Shown: piece after piece, positions 1 to 9,801 of the stretch | Position numbering within the stretch: the first letter of the stretch is position 1 | How the letters are laid out: each line of letters starts with the position of its first letter | Assembly (NCBI GenBank): GCA_902590345.1 | Contig: CACIWK010000002.1 | Span: 30,625 to 94,624 of the forward strand | Length of the DNA: 64,000 bases | Source of the DNA: an uncultured Pelagibacteraceae bacterium | Lineage (GTDB): Bacteria; Pseudomonadota; Alphaproteobacteria; Pelagibacterales; AG-422-B15 | Direction of reading: 5' to 3' | Notes under the pieces: model-generated | What the model saw: the letters and a program-made list of their open reading frames with translations, nothing else | Told to the model about the DNA's origin: nothing | Databases searched by the model: none | Translations under genes and position numbers: made by a program

Positions 1-19
1 TCAACATTTACTTTTTATT

Positions 20-457
20 TTGTTTTTTATATTTTTTGCAATTTTCATACTTATTCCGATCATTGAAATTAGCTTATTTATTGAAATTGGGAGCATTATT
101 GGTTCCTTTTATACAATTATGCTAATATTTCTTACAGCTATAGTTGGTGTATTCTTTGTCCGCCAGCAAGGTATTAGTACATTTCAGAAATTAGCCTCTC
201 AATTGCAAAACCTTGAGGCACCTGTTCAAACAATGTTTGAAGGGCTTGTTATCCTTATTTCTGGAATTCTGTTAATTACTCCTGGGTTCTTCTCAGACTC
301 TATAGGTTTTCTTGGTTTAATACCTGTTACAAGGGTGATTTTTATAAAGTTAGTAGCAAGTTACATTCTTTCTCGATATGGTGTGAAACAAAATCACGAA
401 GATAATACCTTAGAGGGTGACTTCGTCGAATTGGATGATGAGGACAAAATAAAATAA
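20..457 (+). CDS. fxsA: FxsA family membrane protein
   Basis: IPIIEI, G..LL..PGF.SD..G motifs and a C-terminal LEGDF; lies directly upstream of secB as in alphaproteobacteria. TTG start uncertain. Confidence 0.9.
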   Translation: MFFIFFAIFILIPIIEISLFIEIGSIIGSFYTIMLIFLTAIVGVFFVRQQGISTFQKLASQLQNLEAPVQTMFEGLVILISGILLITPGFFSDSIGFLGLIPVTRVIFIKLVASYILSRYGVKQNHEDNTLEGDFVELDDEDKIK

Positions 458-879
458 TGGATGTAAAAGCGAAAATTATTACTCAATTTATTAGAGATTT
501 ATCATTTGAAAATCCACATGGACTTGAGTCTTTTAAGCCAGGTAGCGATCGCCCCATGATCAATGCTAATGTTGATGTAAAAGCAAAAAATAGAAAAGAT
601 ACTGAAATTTATGAGGTAGAATTAAACATCAGTGTCAATGCTATTCGAGATGAAAAGAATTTATATATAATTGATCTCAAGTATATAGGAATTTTTGAAT
701 TAAAAAATTTAACTGATGATGTTAAGGAGCCATATCTTTTAGTTGAATGTCCAAGGCAATTATTTCCATTTGCAAGAAGAATTATTTATGACATGCACTC
801 GGATGGAGGGCTTCCGCCTTTAATGTTGGATCCAGTAAATTTTGCTGACTTATATGAAAAAAGAAAAAAACAAAATTAA
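457..879 (+). CDS. secB: Protein export chaperone SecB
   Basis: QFIRDLSFENP and VECPRQLFPFARRII..GG.PPLMLDPVNF motifs. Confidence 0.95.
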   Translation: MDVKAKIITQFIRDLSFENPHGLESFKPGSDRPMINANVDVKAKNRKDTEIYEVELNISVNAIRDEKNLYIIDLKYIGIFELKNLTDDVKEPYLLVECPRQLFPFARRIIYDMHSDGGLPPLMLDPVNFADLYEKRKKQN

Positions 880-1688
880 TAACTAATAAATTTTGCCTCT
901 CCATTTACCATTTCAAATATTGGCTCAACCTTAGGAATTGCATCTTTTGTTTTATTATTCATATCATCAAGAAGAACTGATGTATTTGTATACTCACTTA
1001 TCATTTCTAGATTTTTAATTGTTGGCATTATCATTGGAAACTTTCCATTTTTAGACTTTAATAAAGCATCTTTAGGATTAATCCATTTACTTTCTACACC
1101 TTCAGTACCATCGTGGATTGCTTCTTGCGCTGTAGTGCGTGCGATAAAAAATCTGGTGCTATATCTTCTTTTCTCAATTTTTGGAGTTATCCAATGAGAA
1201 ATGTAAGCGAGTTCACTAGTAGCAAGTTCTAAATTTAATTTATTAATCATTTCGTAAAAAATATTTTCACCTTTTTGAAGTCTATTTTTGTAATGGTTTA
1301 TGATTTTAAGATCCTCGTTTTTAAAAACTGTATTTTTCAAATTTTCTCCCTTTTTATTCGCAAGAAGTATTCCACTCTCTTCGAAGCACTCTCTTATACA
1401 TGCAATCCAATATGACAATCCGTTTTTATCTATGCCGAGTCTAGCTGAAGCTAAACAATCGTCTAATTGAGGACTATATTTTGAATAATTATTTGAAATA
1501 TCCTCATTATCTATCTTGCCTCCTGGAAATACCCATGCACCCCCAAAATTGGTTTTCATAGATCTTTTGATCATAAAAACCTCTAATTGATTATTTGTGT
1601 CTCGTATGAGTAAAACTGAAGCAGCAGGTGTTGGAACTTTCTGATAATTGTCGCCATCGCTGAGTGTATGATTGATTTGATTACTCAC
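876..1688 (-). CDS. NUDIX hydrolase, NUDT19-like (acyl-CoA diphosphatase-like)
   Basis: Split Nudix box WVFPGG...ACIRECFEESGILLA, plus HWITP...RRYSTRFF. Confidence 0.8.
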   Translation of the reverse strand: MSNQINHTLSDGDNYQKVPTPAASVLLIRDTNNQLEVFMIKRSMKTNFGGAWVFPGGKIDNEDISNNYSKYSPQLDDCLASARLGIDKNGLSYWIACIRECFEESGILLANKKGENLKNTVFKNEDLKIINHYKNRLQKGENIFYEMINKLNLELATSELAYISHWITPKIEKRRYSTRFFIARTTAQEAIHDGTEGVESKWINPKDALLKSKNGKFPMIMPTIKNLEMISEYTNTSVLLDDMNNKTKDAIPKVEPIFEMVNGEAKFISY

Positions 1689-2376
1689 TAGATTGACTAA
1701 TTTTATTCCAGATAGAGTTCTTGCCTAGCGTTTGTATAAACGACTGATGCAACTCTTTTTCTTTTTCTGAAAGTCGAGGAGGTAGATTCCTATTTTTAAT
1801 TTTTTCAGTATTAAAAGTCACGGGCGAATTTTTTACTTCAACCGAATTATTTAGATCTAGACTTAACTCTCTAGCATCCATCAATTCTATGTATACTCGT
1901 GCTAAAAGTTCAGTATCTACTGTTGCTGAATGCTTTTCTCTTTGTGTATTATCTATTGCAAATCTCTTACAAAGGGCATCTAAGGAAACACTTTGACCTG
2001 GAAACTTTTCCCTTGCTATTGCAACAGTATCAATTTTCTCATTCTTTAGAGACTCCTTGCCGCATGTGTTGAGTTCATAATTTAGAAACCCAACATCAAA
2101 ATCAACATTGTGAGCTATGATAGGGTCATTACCCACAAATTCTAAAAATTTATTTATAACATTTTCAAACAAGGGTTTGTCTTTCAAAAACTCATAATTC
2201 AAGCCATGGACTTTGAAGGATGACTCAGGCACATCCCTTTGCGGATTAATATATTGCTGATATGTATTTCCAGTGGGCAAATAATCCACTATTTCAATTG
2301 CAGCAATTTCTATGACACGGTGACCCTCTGATGGTCTTAACCCTGTAGTTTCTGTATCAAGAACAATTTGCCTCAT
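1681..2376 (-). CDS. dnaQ: DNA polymerase III epsilon subunit
   Basis: VLDTETTG, AHN..FD and SLDALCKRF..H.A..D DEDDh exonuclease motifs. Confidence 0.96.
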   Translation of the reverse strand: MRQIVLDTETTGLRPSEGHRVIEIAAIEIVDYLPTGNTYQQYINPQRDVPESSFKVHGLNYEFLKDKPLFENVINKFLEFVGNDPIIAHNVDFDVGFLNYELNTCGKESLKNEKIDTVAIAREKFPGQSVSLDALCKRFAIDNTQREKHSATVDTELLARVYIELMDARELSLDLNNSVEVKNSPVTFNTEKIKNRNLPPRLSEKEKELHQSFIQTLGKNSIWNKISQSSE

Positions 2377-2996
2377 TTATTAAAAAAGGTATTCCAAGCT
2401 TTTGGATTAATCAATTTAATTTTTGCGGCAACTTCTTTAACCTCCGACTTTGTTTTCTCAATCTCACTGTCTGTAGAGATGATGTAATCAGCTTTCTTTA
2501 ATTTTTCTCTGTCTGGCATTTGTTGACCCTTGATTGCATTAAAAATCTCTAAAGGAACCTTTCTTTCCGAAACGACCCTGGACTGCTGAGTTTCCTCAGA
2601 GGCAGTAACTACAACTGAAACATCTACATATTTTTCTCCACCTGTCTCAAAAAGCAATGGTATATCCAAAACGCAGCCTGTCTTTCCCTCCTCAATTAAT
2701 TTATTTATATACATAATCTGATAATTCCTTGTAACAGGATGAACAATTTGCTCTAGGTCTCTAAATTTTTTTGGATCTTTGTTTAAAATATCCCTTAATG
2801 CAATTCGGTCTACAGCCCCATCTTTAGTAGAACCTGGAAACTTAGCTTCAACTTTTGCAATCACTTCTTCATCTTTTTCATAAATATAATGCACCGTATC
2901 GTCTGCGTTATAAACACCGTAACCGTGCTCTTTAAACATCTGGGCGACGGTTGATTTTCCCATTCCAATAGACCCCGTTACACCAACCAACAGCAT
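2373..2996 (-). CDS. coaE: Dephospho-CoA kinase
   Basis: GVTGSIGMGKST P-loop, DIPLLFE and LEQIVHP. Confidence 0.96.
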   Translation of the reverse strand: MLLVGVTGSIGMGKSTVAQMFKEHGYGVYNADDTVHYIYEKDEEVIAKVEAKFPGSTKDGAVDRIALRDILNKDPKKFRDLEQIVHPVTRNYQIMYINKLIEEGKTGCVLDIPLLFETGGEKYVDVSVVVTASEETQQSRVVSERKVPLEIFNAIKGQQMPDREKLKKADYIISTDSEIEKTKSEVKEVAAKIKLINPKAWNTFFNK

Positions 2997-3811
2997 TATT
3001 TTACTCCTAATGCCAGCATTAAGTCCTTATCTATTGCAGGAATTTTGTTATGCCACAAATTAAAAGATTGCGCAGCCTGGTTAATTAGCATTTCTAATCC
3101 ATTTTGAACCGTACAACCATTTTTTTCAGCACGTTGTAAGAAGGTTGTTTTGCTTGGATTATATATCAAGTCATAAACATGTGTAGAAGGTTTAAGGTTA
3201 TTAAAGTTTATAAGGTTGTTTGCTTCATTTTTTTGCTGACCAAGGCTTGTCGTATTAACAACCAAACTTGAAGATCCAACAAACTCATTTAGTGATGACT
3301 CCGTTAATATTGTTGCTTCTACACCTAGGTCATCACAAAGAAGTTCTACCTTCTCTCTTGTTCTATTAAATATTCCAATTTCACACCTCATTTGCTTTAA
3401 CGCAAACACAACTGCCCTTGCCGATCCTCCAGCACCAAGCACCAAGCACTGTTTGCTGCCTAGGTTTCTGTTTACAATTGATTTTTGGAAACCGGCTGGG
3501 TCGGTGTTTTCACCGTAAACACCATCTTCGTTTACGATCAGTGTGTTAACCGCTTTAAGTGTCCCAGCAACAACTGATGTCTTATGACAATATTTATAAG
3601 CATCTTCTTTTAGTGGAACAGTTACATTTAAGCCGCTATAGCCCTCTTCTATTAAACGACCAACGTCTTCATCAAAATTTTCTTTCTTAACGTTTATTTT
3701 TTGATAAGTATCAGAGTCGACACCTTCGCGTTCAATCCAGTGATTATGTATCTTGGGTGAGAGACTGTGATCAATAGGATCTCCTATAACTGCTGTTTTT
3801 TTATGTTTCAT
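2996..3811 (-). CDS. aroE: Shikimate dehydrogenase
   Basis: IGDPIDHSLSP, NVTVPLK, AVNT, GENTD, GAGGSARA and DLIYNP motifs. Start chosen at the second Met (alternative 3820). Confidence 0.95.
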   Translation of the reverse strand: MKHKKTAVIGDPIDHSLSPKIHNHWIEREGVDSDTYQKINVKKENFDEDVGRLIEEGYSGLNVTVPLKEDAYKYCHKTSVVAGTLKAVNTLIVNEDGVYGENTDPAGFQKSIVNRNLGSKQCLVLGAGGSARAVVFALKQMRCEIGIFNRTREKVELLCDDLGVEATILTESSLNEFVGSSSLVVNTTSLGQQKNEANNLINFNNLKPSTHVYDLIYNPSKTTFLQRAEKNGCTVQNGLEMLINQAAQSFNLWHNKIPAIDKDLMLALGVK

Positions 3812-4406
3812 TGTTCTCAAACAAAAGATTGTTTTCCCAAAGGAATTGAGTTAATTGAATTATTGATATTCCCTGTATAGAGAAAAGATCACTTCCGATG
3901 CTTTCAAAAAGTTTTATTCCCTCTTTTTCGATTGCATAAACTCCTACAAGGCCAAGAATATTATCGTCGACTTTGTCAAGGTATTCTGTTATTTGGTCAT
4001 CTTTTAAATTTCGCATTAACATTTTAGATCTGTCAACATGTTTCCAAATAATATTATTATTTAGAGCAACTGTTGTCGCGGTTATAAGTGTGTGGGTAGA
4101 TCCACTCATTTTCTTCAACTGCTCTTTTGCTTCATTTTTGTCTCGAGCTTTACTAATCAGTTCGCCTTTTAAGTCTAAGCCTTGATCTGACCCAATAACA
4201 AGTGCGTCATTGTCTGACATTGAGGGCTTTAGGGCTTTCATTTCAGCGAGTTTAACCACGACTTCTTCTGGTGTTTTTTTACTCATCGATAACTTTACCT
4301 CATTCTCATCTACGCCGTGAGCGACTGTTTCAAAGCTTATGCCGGCATTGCGCAACAATTTAGCTCTTGTTTCACTCTTGGATGCTAAAATAATATCTCT
4401 GTTCAT
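3801..4406 (-). CDS. maf: Maf family nucleoside triphosphate pyrophosphatase
   Basis: IILASKS..R, VIGSDQ and VGVYAIE motifs; conserved maf-aroE-coaE-dnaQ order. Confidence 0.92.
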   Translation of the reverse strand: MNRDIILASKSETRAKLLRNAGISFETVAHGVDENEVKLSMSKKTPEEVVVKLAEMKALKPSMSDNDALVIGSDQGLDLKGELISKARDKNEAKEQLKKMSGSTHTLITATTVALNNNIIWKHVDRSKMLMRNLKDDQITEYLDKVDDNILGLVGVYAIEKEGIKLFESIGSDLFSIQGISIIQLTQFLWENNLLFENNET

Positions 4407-4679
4407 AAATTTGTATAAACACCCCGGGGCTTGTGGTTATTTTCTCTATCTTTGCTCATCTTTAATTTTTAAACTATTTTTCTATCTTTATTGAGAATTT
4501 TTGCAAACTTTGTTCACCTGTTGAAAGTGTTGTAGTTTTCTTCCACGGCGGTGAATAAGGCTAAAACCCATATAATTCAAAGCGATTGCTCTGTGTATCG
4601 AATTGTGGGCAAAAAGTGACTTTTTATATATACACAATTCCACAGGGACATAAACAACTACAATTATATATATATTATA
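4407..4679. other. Probable chromosomal replication origin (oriC)
   Basis: Intergenic region between divergent maf and hemE, the usual alphaproteobacterial oriC position. DnaA-box-like 9-mers: TGTGGTTAT 4432, TTGTTCACC 4510, GGTGAATAA 4550, TGTGTATCG 4592, TGTGGGCAA 4604, ATATACACA 4628, AATTCCACA 4636. AT-only tract 4662-4680. mnmE-mnmG-parAB and parS lie nearby. Confidence 0.85.
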
Positions 4680-5666
4680 ATGAGTATATTTATAGATACA
4701 CTTAGAGGACAAAAAACAAAAACAACTCCAGTTTGGTTAATGAGACAGGCGGGTAGACATCTGCCTGAATATATAAATATCAGAAAACAGTTCGTTGACT
4801 TAATGGATATGTTTTTAGATTCCTCTACTATACTTGAAATATCAATGCAACCTGTAAAAAGGTACAACATGGACGCTTGCATTGTGTTTTCAGATATTTT
4901 AATAACCCCATTTGCTGCGGGCTCAAGCGTTAAGTTTGTGGAGGGACAAGGCCCGATAATAAAGTTTAACGAGAACATGAATTATGCCCACGAAAGAACA
5001 CTACCTCTTGCATCAGGAATAAAAAAGATAAAAGAAAATACAGACATTCCTCTAATAGGTTTTGCTGGCGGAGTATGGACAACCTTATTTTACTGTTTAT
5101 TCGGAAAAAACGAACGCCAGAAATTAAAACCTCAAGATATTTCAAAAAAAACTTCGCAGATAGATAACTTAATAGAGCGCATGACACACGCGACCATTCA
5201 GCACGCCGTAATGCAAATCAATTGTGGGATTGACGCGTTTCAAATATTTGAGTCAGCGGCAGGATATCTAAACAATGAACAATTTGATAAATGGTGTGTT
5301 CAGCCTACAAAAATAATTATTGAAAATATAAAGAAAACAAAAGACATTCCCGTAATAGGCTTTCCAAGAAACACGAATCTTGAGTGTTATAAAAAATATT
5401 CAAAGATAGATAAGTTGGACTGTGTTACGCTAGATTATAACTTTCCTTTAGATAAAATTAATGAGCTAAACGATAAAATTGTTTTTCAAGGAAACCTGGA
5501 CCCTAAACACCTATTAAAGGACTCTCAAAATCTTAGTCAGAAAATTGAAGAAATATTGTTTGCTTTTAGAGAAAGACCACATATTTTTAATTTAGGACAC
5601 GGAGTTTTACCCGATACATCAATTGAGAAGGTTGAGCAAATGCTCTTACAGATAAGATTAAAATGA
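4680..5666 (+). CDS. hemE: Uroporphyrinogen decarboxylase
   Basis: PVWLMRQAGR, FSDIL, LIGFAG, QGNLDP and HIFNLGHGV motifs. Confidence 0.96.
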   Translation: MSIFIDTLRGQKTKTTPVWLMRQAGRHLPEYINIRKQFVDLMDMFLDSSTILEISMQPVKRYNMDACIVFSDILITPFAAGSSVKFVEGQGPIIKFNENMNYAHERTLPLASGIKKIKENTDIPLIGFAGGVWTTLFYCLFGKNERQKLKPQDISKKTSQIDNLIERMTHATIQHAVMQINCGIDAFQIFESAAGYLNNEQFDKWCVQPTKIIIENIKKTKDIPVIGFPRNTNLECYKKYSKIDKLDCVTLDYNFPLDKINELNDKIVFQGNLDPKHLLKDSQNLSQKIEEILFAFRERPHIFNLGHGVLPDTSIEKVEQMLLQIRLK

Positions 5667-6682
5667 AAACAGCGGTTATTTTATTTAACTTGGGCGGACC
5701 AGATAAACAAGAAAGCGTCAAACCTTTTTTATTTAATCTGTTTAATGATCCCAATATATTTAGACTTCCAAATCCCTTCAGGTATTTACTGGCAAAACTT
5801 ATATCTTCCCGTCGCACCAAAGAGGCCACTGAAATTTATGCTGAAATAGGCGGAAAATCGCCCATTCTTGAGATTACTAACTCTCAAGCAGAGGCCCTTC
5901 AGAAAGATTTAAGAAACAAAGGTATCGAGAACAAGGTATTTGTTTGTATGAGATATTGGCACCCAATGACAGCAGAGGTCGTTGCGAAAGTAAAAGACTA
6001 TAACCCAGATAAAATATTTTTACTGCCCCTGTATCCACAATACTCCACCACAACAACAAAGTCTTCTCTGGACGCCTGGTTCAAAGAGGCACAAAACCAG
6101 GAATTAAATGCAAAAACAAAATATGCTTGTTGTTATCCATATGACGCAAAACTAATAAAAGCCCATCAGAAACTGATCCAAGATAAAATAAACCACATCA
6201 AAGATAAAAAAGTAAGAGTTCTGTTTTCCGCTCACAGTTTACCTGTATCAATAATTAAAAAAGGTGATCCATATCAGTGGCAAGTGGAGCAAACAGTAAA
6301 GGCGGTCATGCAGGGCATACATGGTTATGAAGATCATGTTTTGGCTTACCAAAGTAAAGTTACCCCAGTTAAATGGCTTGAACCAACAACACCAAGTGAA
6401 ATTGAAAATGCAATTAACGAAGATAGGGCGCTGGTTATTGTCCCAATTGCGTTTGTTTCAGATCACTCTGAAACACTTGTTGAATTAGATATCGAGTACC
6501 AAGAACTTGCAAGCGAACTAGGCTGTAAGCATTATTATAGATCTGAGTCATTAAATATTGATCAAACATTTATAGAAAGCTTATCTGAAATAGTTAGTGA
6601 GTCTGAGAAAGTTGAGAGCGGTAATATAAGGCAAAAAATATGTCCAGCAACTTTTAAACAATGTGATCAAGAATTAAGATGA
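5663..6682 (+). CDS. hemH: Ferrochelatase
   Basis: NLGGP, IGGKSP, MRYWHP, PLYPQYS, FSAHSLP and FVSDHSETLVELD motifs. Confidence 0.97.
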   Translation: MKTAVILFNLGGPDKQESVKPFLFNLFNDPNIFRLPNPFRYLLAKLISSRRTKEATEIYAEIGGKSPILEITNSQAEALQKDLRNKGIENKVFVCMRYWHPMTAEVVAKVKDYNPDKIFLLPLYPQYSTTTTKSSLDAWFKEAQNQELNAKTKYACCYPYDAKLIKAHQKLIQDKINHIKDKKVRVLFSAHSLPVSIIKKGDPYQWQVEQTVKAVMQGIHGYEDHVLAYQSKVTPVKWLEPTTPSEIENAINEDRALVIVPIAFVSDHSETLVELDIEYQELASELGCKHYYRSESLNIDQTFIESLSEIVSESEKVESGNIRQKICPATFKQCDQELR

Positions 6683-7122
6683 GCTCAATTTTTTTATATA
6701 ATTTATTTCTTAGTTTACACATCATCAGCGTTATAGCTTGGATGGCCGGTTTATTATATTTACCAAGATTATTTGTGTATCATTGGAGTAAAGAGGTGGG
6801 GTCTGACTCGTCAGAGACTTTTAAATTAATGGAATTACGTTTATTTAAAATTATTATGAATCCAGCAATGATATTTTCATGGTTGTTTGGTTTAGCGTTG
6901 ATATCAAATTTGGGCTTTGATGCTCTGTTTCAACTATGGCTTCAATTAAAAATCATATTTGTGATCCTCTTATCTGGAGTTCATGGGTATTTCTCAAAAT
7001 TAACAAGAGAGTTTCAAGAGGATAAAAGGCCAAAATCAGAGCGTTTTTTTAGAATTATCAATGAATTTCCAACTGTTTTAATGATAACTGTCGTATTTCT
7101 CGTTATTTTTAAACCAATATAA
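6679..7122 (+). CDS. hemJ: Protoporphyrinogen oxidase HemJ
   Basis: LHIISVIAWMAGLLYLPRLFVYH and NEFPT...KP motifs. Confidence 0.96.
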   Translation: MSSIFLYNLFLSLHIISVIAWMAGLLYLPRLFVYHWSKEVGSDSSETFKLMELRLFKIIMNPAMIFSWLFGLALISNLGFDALFQLWLQLKIIFVILLSGVHGYFSKLTREFQEDKRPKSERFFRIINEFPTVLMITVVFLVIFKPI

Positions 7123-7199
7123 AACTTGCTATATTTAACGATTACGGTTAGAAAGCAGCTTCCAAACTATTTTCCACATTATCATCATCATTAAAACGA

Positions 7200-8465
7200 A
7201 TGGCTAAAAACTTAAAATTAAGAGACCTTAAGAAAAAAACTCCACAAGAACTTCTTGTTTATGCAGAGGAACTTGGCGTTGAAAATGCTAGTTCAATGCG
7301 TACACAAGATATGCTGTTTGAAATATTGAAAACTCTTGCAAGTGACAGCAAAGACATTGATGGTGAAGGTGTTTTAGAAGTTTTACAGGATGGGTTTGGT
7401 TTTTTAAGATCAATGGAGGCCAATTATCTTCCAGGTCCTGATGATATTTATGTAAGCCCAAGTCAAATCAAAAGATTTGGATTAAGATCAGGAGACACCG
7501 TTGAAGGTCCAATAAGAGCACCAAAGGACGGTGAGCGTTATTTTGCATTATTAAAAATTGATACAATCAATTACGAGGCAACCGAAAAAAGTAGAAACAA
7601 AATCAATTTTGATAACTTGACACCTCTTTATCCTGATGAGCAAATCAGATTAGAAACCGAAAAACCAGCAAGCGATCAAAGCTCAAGAGTAATTGATTTG
7701 GTTGCACCAATTGGTAAAGGTCAAAGAGCTCTAATTGTTTCACCGCCAAGAACTGGTAAAACGGTATTACTGCAAAATATTGCACATTCAATTACTGATA
7801 ATCATCCAGAATGTTATTTGATGGTTCTATTGATCGATGAAAGACCAGAGGAAGTTACTGATATGCAACGTTCTGTAAAAGGTGAGGTTGTGAGTTCAAC
7901 TTTTGATGAGCCTGCATCACGTCACGTACAGGTTGCTGAAATGGTTATCAATAAAGCAAAAAGATTAGTAGAGCATAAAAAAGATGTCGTTATTCTTTTA
8001 GACTCCATTACAAGATTGGGCCGTGCTTACAATACGGTTGTTCCAAGTTCAGGAAAAGTATTAACTGGTGGTGTTGATGCAAACGCATTACAAAGACCAA
8101 AGAGATTTTTTGGTGCAGCTAGAAATATTGAAGATGGCGGTTCACTAACTATTATTTCAACTGCTCTGATTGATACAGGAAGTAGAATGGATGAGGTAAT
8201 TTTTGAGGAATTTAAAGGTACCGGTAACTCAGAAATTATATTGGACAGAAAAGTTGCTGATAAAAGAATATATCCTGCAATTGATATTACTAAGTCCGGT
8301 ACTCGAAAAGAAGAGATACTGCTTGATAAAGACGAACTTCAAAAAATGTACGTTCTTAGACGTATTCTTAACCCAATGGGGACTATGGACTCTATTGAGT
8401 TCTTGCTAGGTAAACTGAAAGAAACAAAAGATAACGCAGATTTCTTCCAGTCCATGAATAAGTAA
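7200..8465 (+). CDS. rho: Transcription termination factor Rho
   Basis: [35 protein letters not shown] and EEFKGTGN motifs. Confidence 0.99.
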   Translation: MAKNLKLRDLKKKTPQELLVYAEELGVENASSMRTQDMLFEILKTLASDSKDIDGEGVLEVLQDGFGFLRSMEANYLPGPDDIYVSPSQIKRFGLRSGDTVEGPIRAPKDGERYFALLKIDTINYEATEKSRNKINFDNLTPLYPDEQIRLETEKPASDQSSRVIDLVAPIGKGQRALIVSPPRTGKTVLLQNIAHSITDNHPECYLMVLLIDERPEEVTDMQRSVKGEVVSSTFDEPASRHVQVAEMVINKAKRLVEHKKDVVILLDSITRLGRAYNTVVPSSGKVLTGGVDANALQRPKRFFGAARNIEDGGSLTIISTALIDTGSRMDEVIFEEFKGTGNSEIILDRKVADKRIYPAIDITKSGTRKEEILLDKDELQKMYVLRRILNPMGTMDSIEFLLGKLKETKDNADFFQSMNK

Positions 8466-8477
8466 CTTAAACATCAG

Positions 8478-9017
8478 TTACCCTTCAGCCTCTAAAATCG
8501 AAGACAGTTTAAATTTCTTTACTAATTTTTGCGAACCACCAACATTTTTCAGATCGATTATAAAATAAAATTCGATGTTTTTTACTTTACATTTGGAGAT
8601 AAGTTTTGCTGAAGCTAAAGCGGTACCACCTGTTGCAATTAGGTCATCAATTATTAAAATCCTATCTCGTGAAGTGATCGAATTACTATGAATTTGAATT
8701 TCGTCGTTGCCATACTCAAGAGAATATTTTTGCCGCGTAACCTTTCCAGGAAGCTTTCCTTTTTTTCTAATCGGAACAAAAGGAAGACCCAGTTTAAAAG
8801 CTACTGCAGCGCCAAAGATGAAACCCCTTGCTTCAACACCTGCAATTTTAGTAAATTTCTGCTTGCTAGCATATTTTGAAATTTCGTTAATAACTTGTTT
8901 GAAGAGCAATTTATTGTCTGTAATAGACGTTATGTCCTGAAACATAATTCCTTTTTTTGGGAAATCAGGGACCACTCTGATTGTTTTCTTGAGTTTATTT
9001 TTTAGTATTTTGTTCAA
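8478..9017 (-). CDS. apt: Adenine phosphoribosyltransferase
   Basis: PDFPKKGIMFQDIT, EARGFIFG, LEYG and IIDDLIATGGT motifs. Confidence 0.96.
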   Translation of the reverse strand: MNKILKNKLKKTIRVVPDFPKKGIMFQDITSITDNKLLFKQVINEISKYASKQKFTKIAGVEARGFIFGAAVAFKLGLPFVPIRKKGKLPGKVTRQKYSLEYGNDEIQIHSNSITSRDRILIIDDLIATGGTALASAKLISKCKVKNIEFYFIIDLKNVGGSQKLVKKFKLSSILEAEG

Positions 9018-9450
9018 TGTTCAGTAAATTTCTTTTGGTACTTAACCCGCCCACTGATGTAAATCCAGTGAGTTTGCCATCACTGCCCACGACCCTATGA
9101 CATGGAACTGTCATCATCAGATTGTTTCTTCCTAAGGCTCCCCCAACAGCTCGGGGCGAAGTTCTTAATTTCCTTGCAATGTCCCCATAAGTTGTTGTTC
9201 TACCATAAGGTATTCTTTGTAAATAATTCCAAACACGGTTTTGAAATTTTGTACCCATTTGTCTTGTTGGAAAATTAAGGGATCGCCTTTTGCGCGCAAG
9301 ATACATTTTAATTTGAAGCGCAGATCTTTTTAGAAGCTTATCCTCTGTTTTGTTGGGCTTTTTCCTTGTTCTATGAACTGCAATTATTCTATTTTTGCTT
9401 GAGATAAGCTCAATATTGCCAATGATTGATTTGAAAACGTAGCTGCTCAT
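8995..9450 (-). CDS. ogt: Methylated-DNA-protein-cysteine methyltransferase
   Basis: GTKFQ..VW..L..IPYG, RAVG.A and the PCHRV active site. Confidence 0.93.
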   Translation of the reverse strand: MSSYVFKSIIGNIELISSKNRIIAVHRTRKKPNKTEDKLLKRSALQIKMYLARKRRSLNFPTRQMGTKFQNRVWNYLQRIPYGRTTTYGDIARKLRTSPRAVGGALGRNNLMMTVPCHRVVGSDGKLTGFTSVGGLSTKRNLLNIEQNTKK

Positions 9451-9480
9451 ATATATAAGATATTATAATTTTCTGACCTA

Positions 9481-9801
9481 ATGACTAACAAATTTTTTGA
9501 AAGACACGTATTTTTTTGTACAAACCAAAGACCCGATGGTCATCCAAAAGGTTGTTGTGCCTCTAAAAATTCCACAGTGCTGCGAGCCTATATGAAGAAA
9601 AAAACAAAAGAATTGGTCTCCGATAAGAAAATAAGAATAAATGCATCAGGCTGTTTGGATCATTGTGAATTTGGTCCTACACTTGTTGTTTATCCAGATA
9701 ATGTTTGGTACTCGTGTAAAACAGAAGAAGAGGTGGATCAAGTAATCAATGAACATCTTATTAATGACCGTATCGCTGAAAACCTCCAAATAAAAAAATG
9801 A
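9481..9801 (+). CDS. Thioredoxin-like [2Fe-2S] ferredoxin
   Basis: HVFFCTN..GCC and SGCLDHCEFGP.LVVYPD.VWY motifs. Confidence 0.88.
   Translation: MTNKFFERHVFFCTNQRPDGHPKGCCASKNSTVLRAYMKKKTKELVSDKKIRINASGCLDHCEFGPTLVVYPDNVWYSCKTEEEVDQVINEHLINDRIAENLQIKK

Noticed and set aside
4488-4978. Minus-strand ORFs of 74 and 104 aa over oriC and hemE
   Set aside because: They are antisense to hemE or span the DnaA boxes, and show no protein features.
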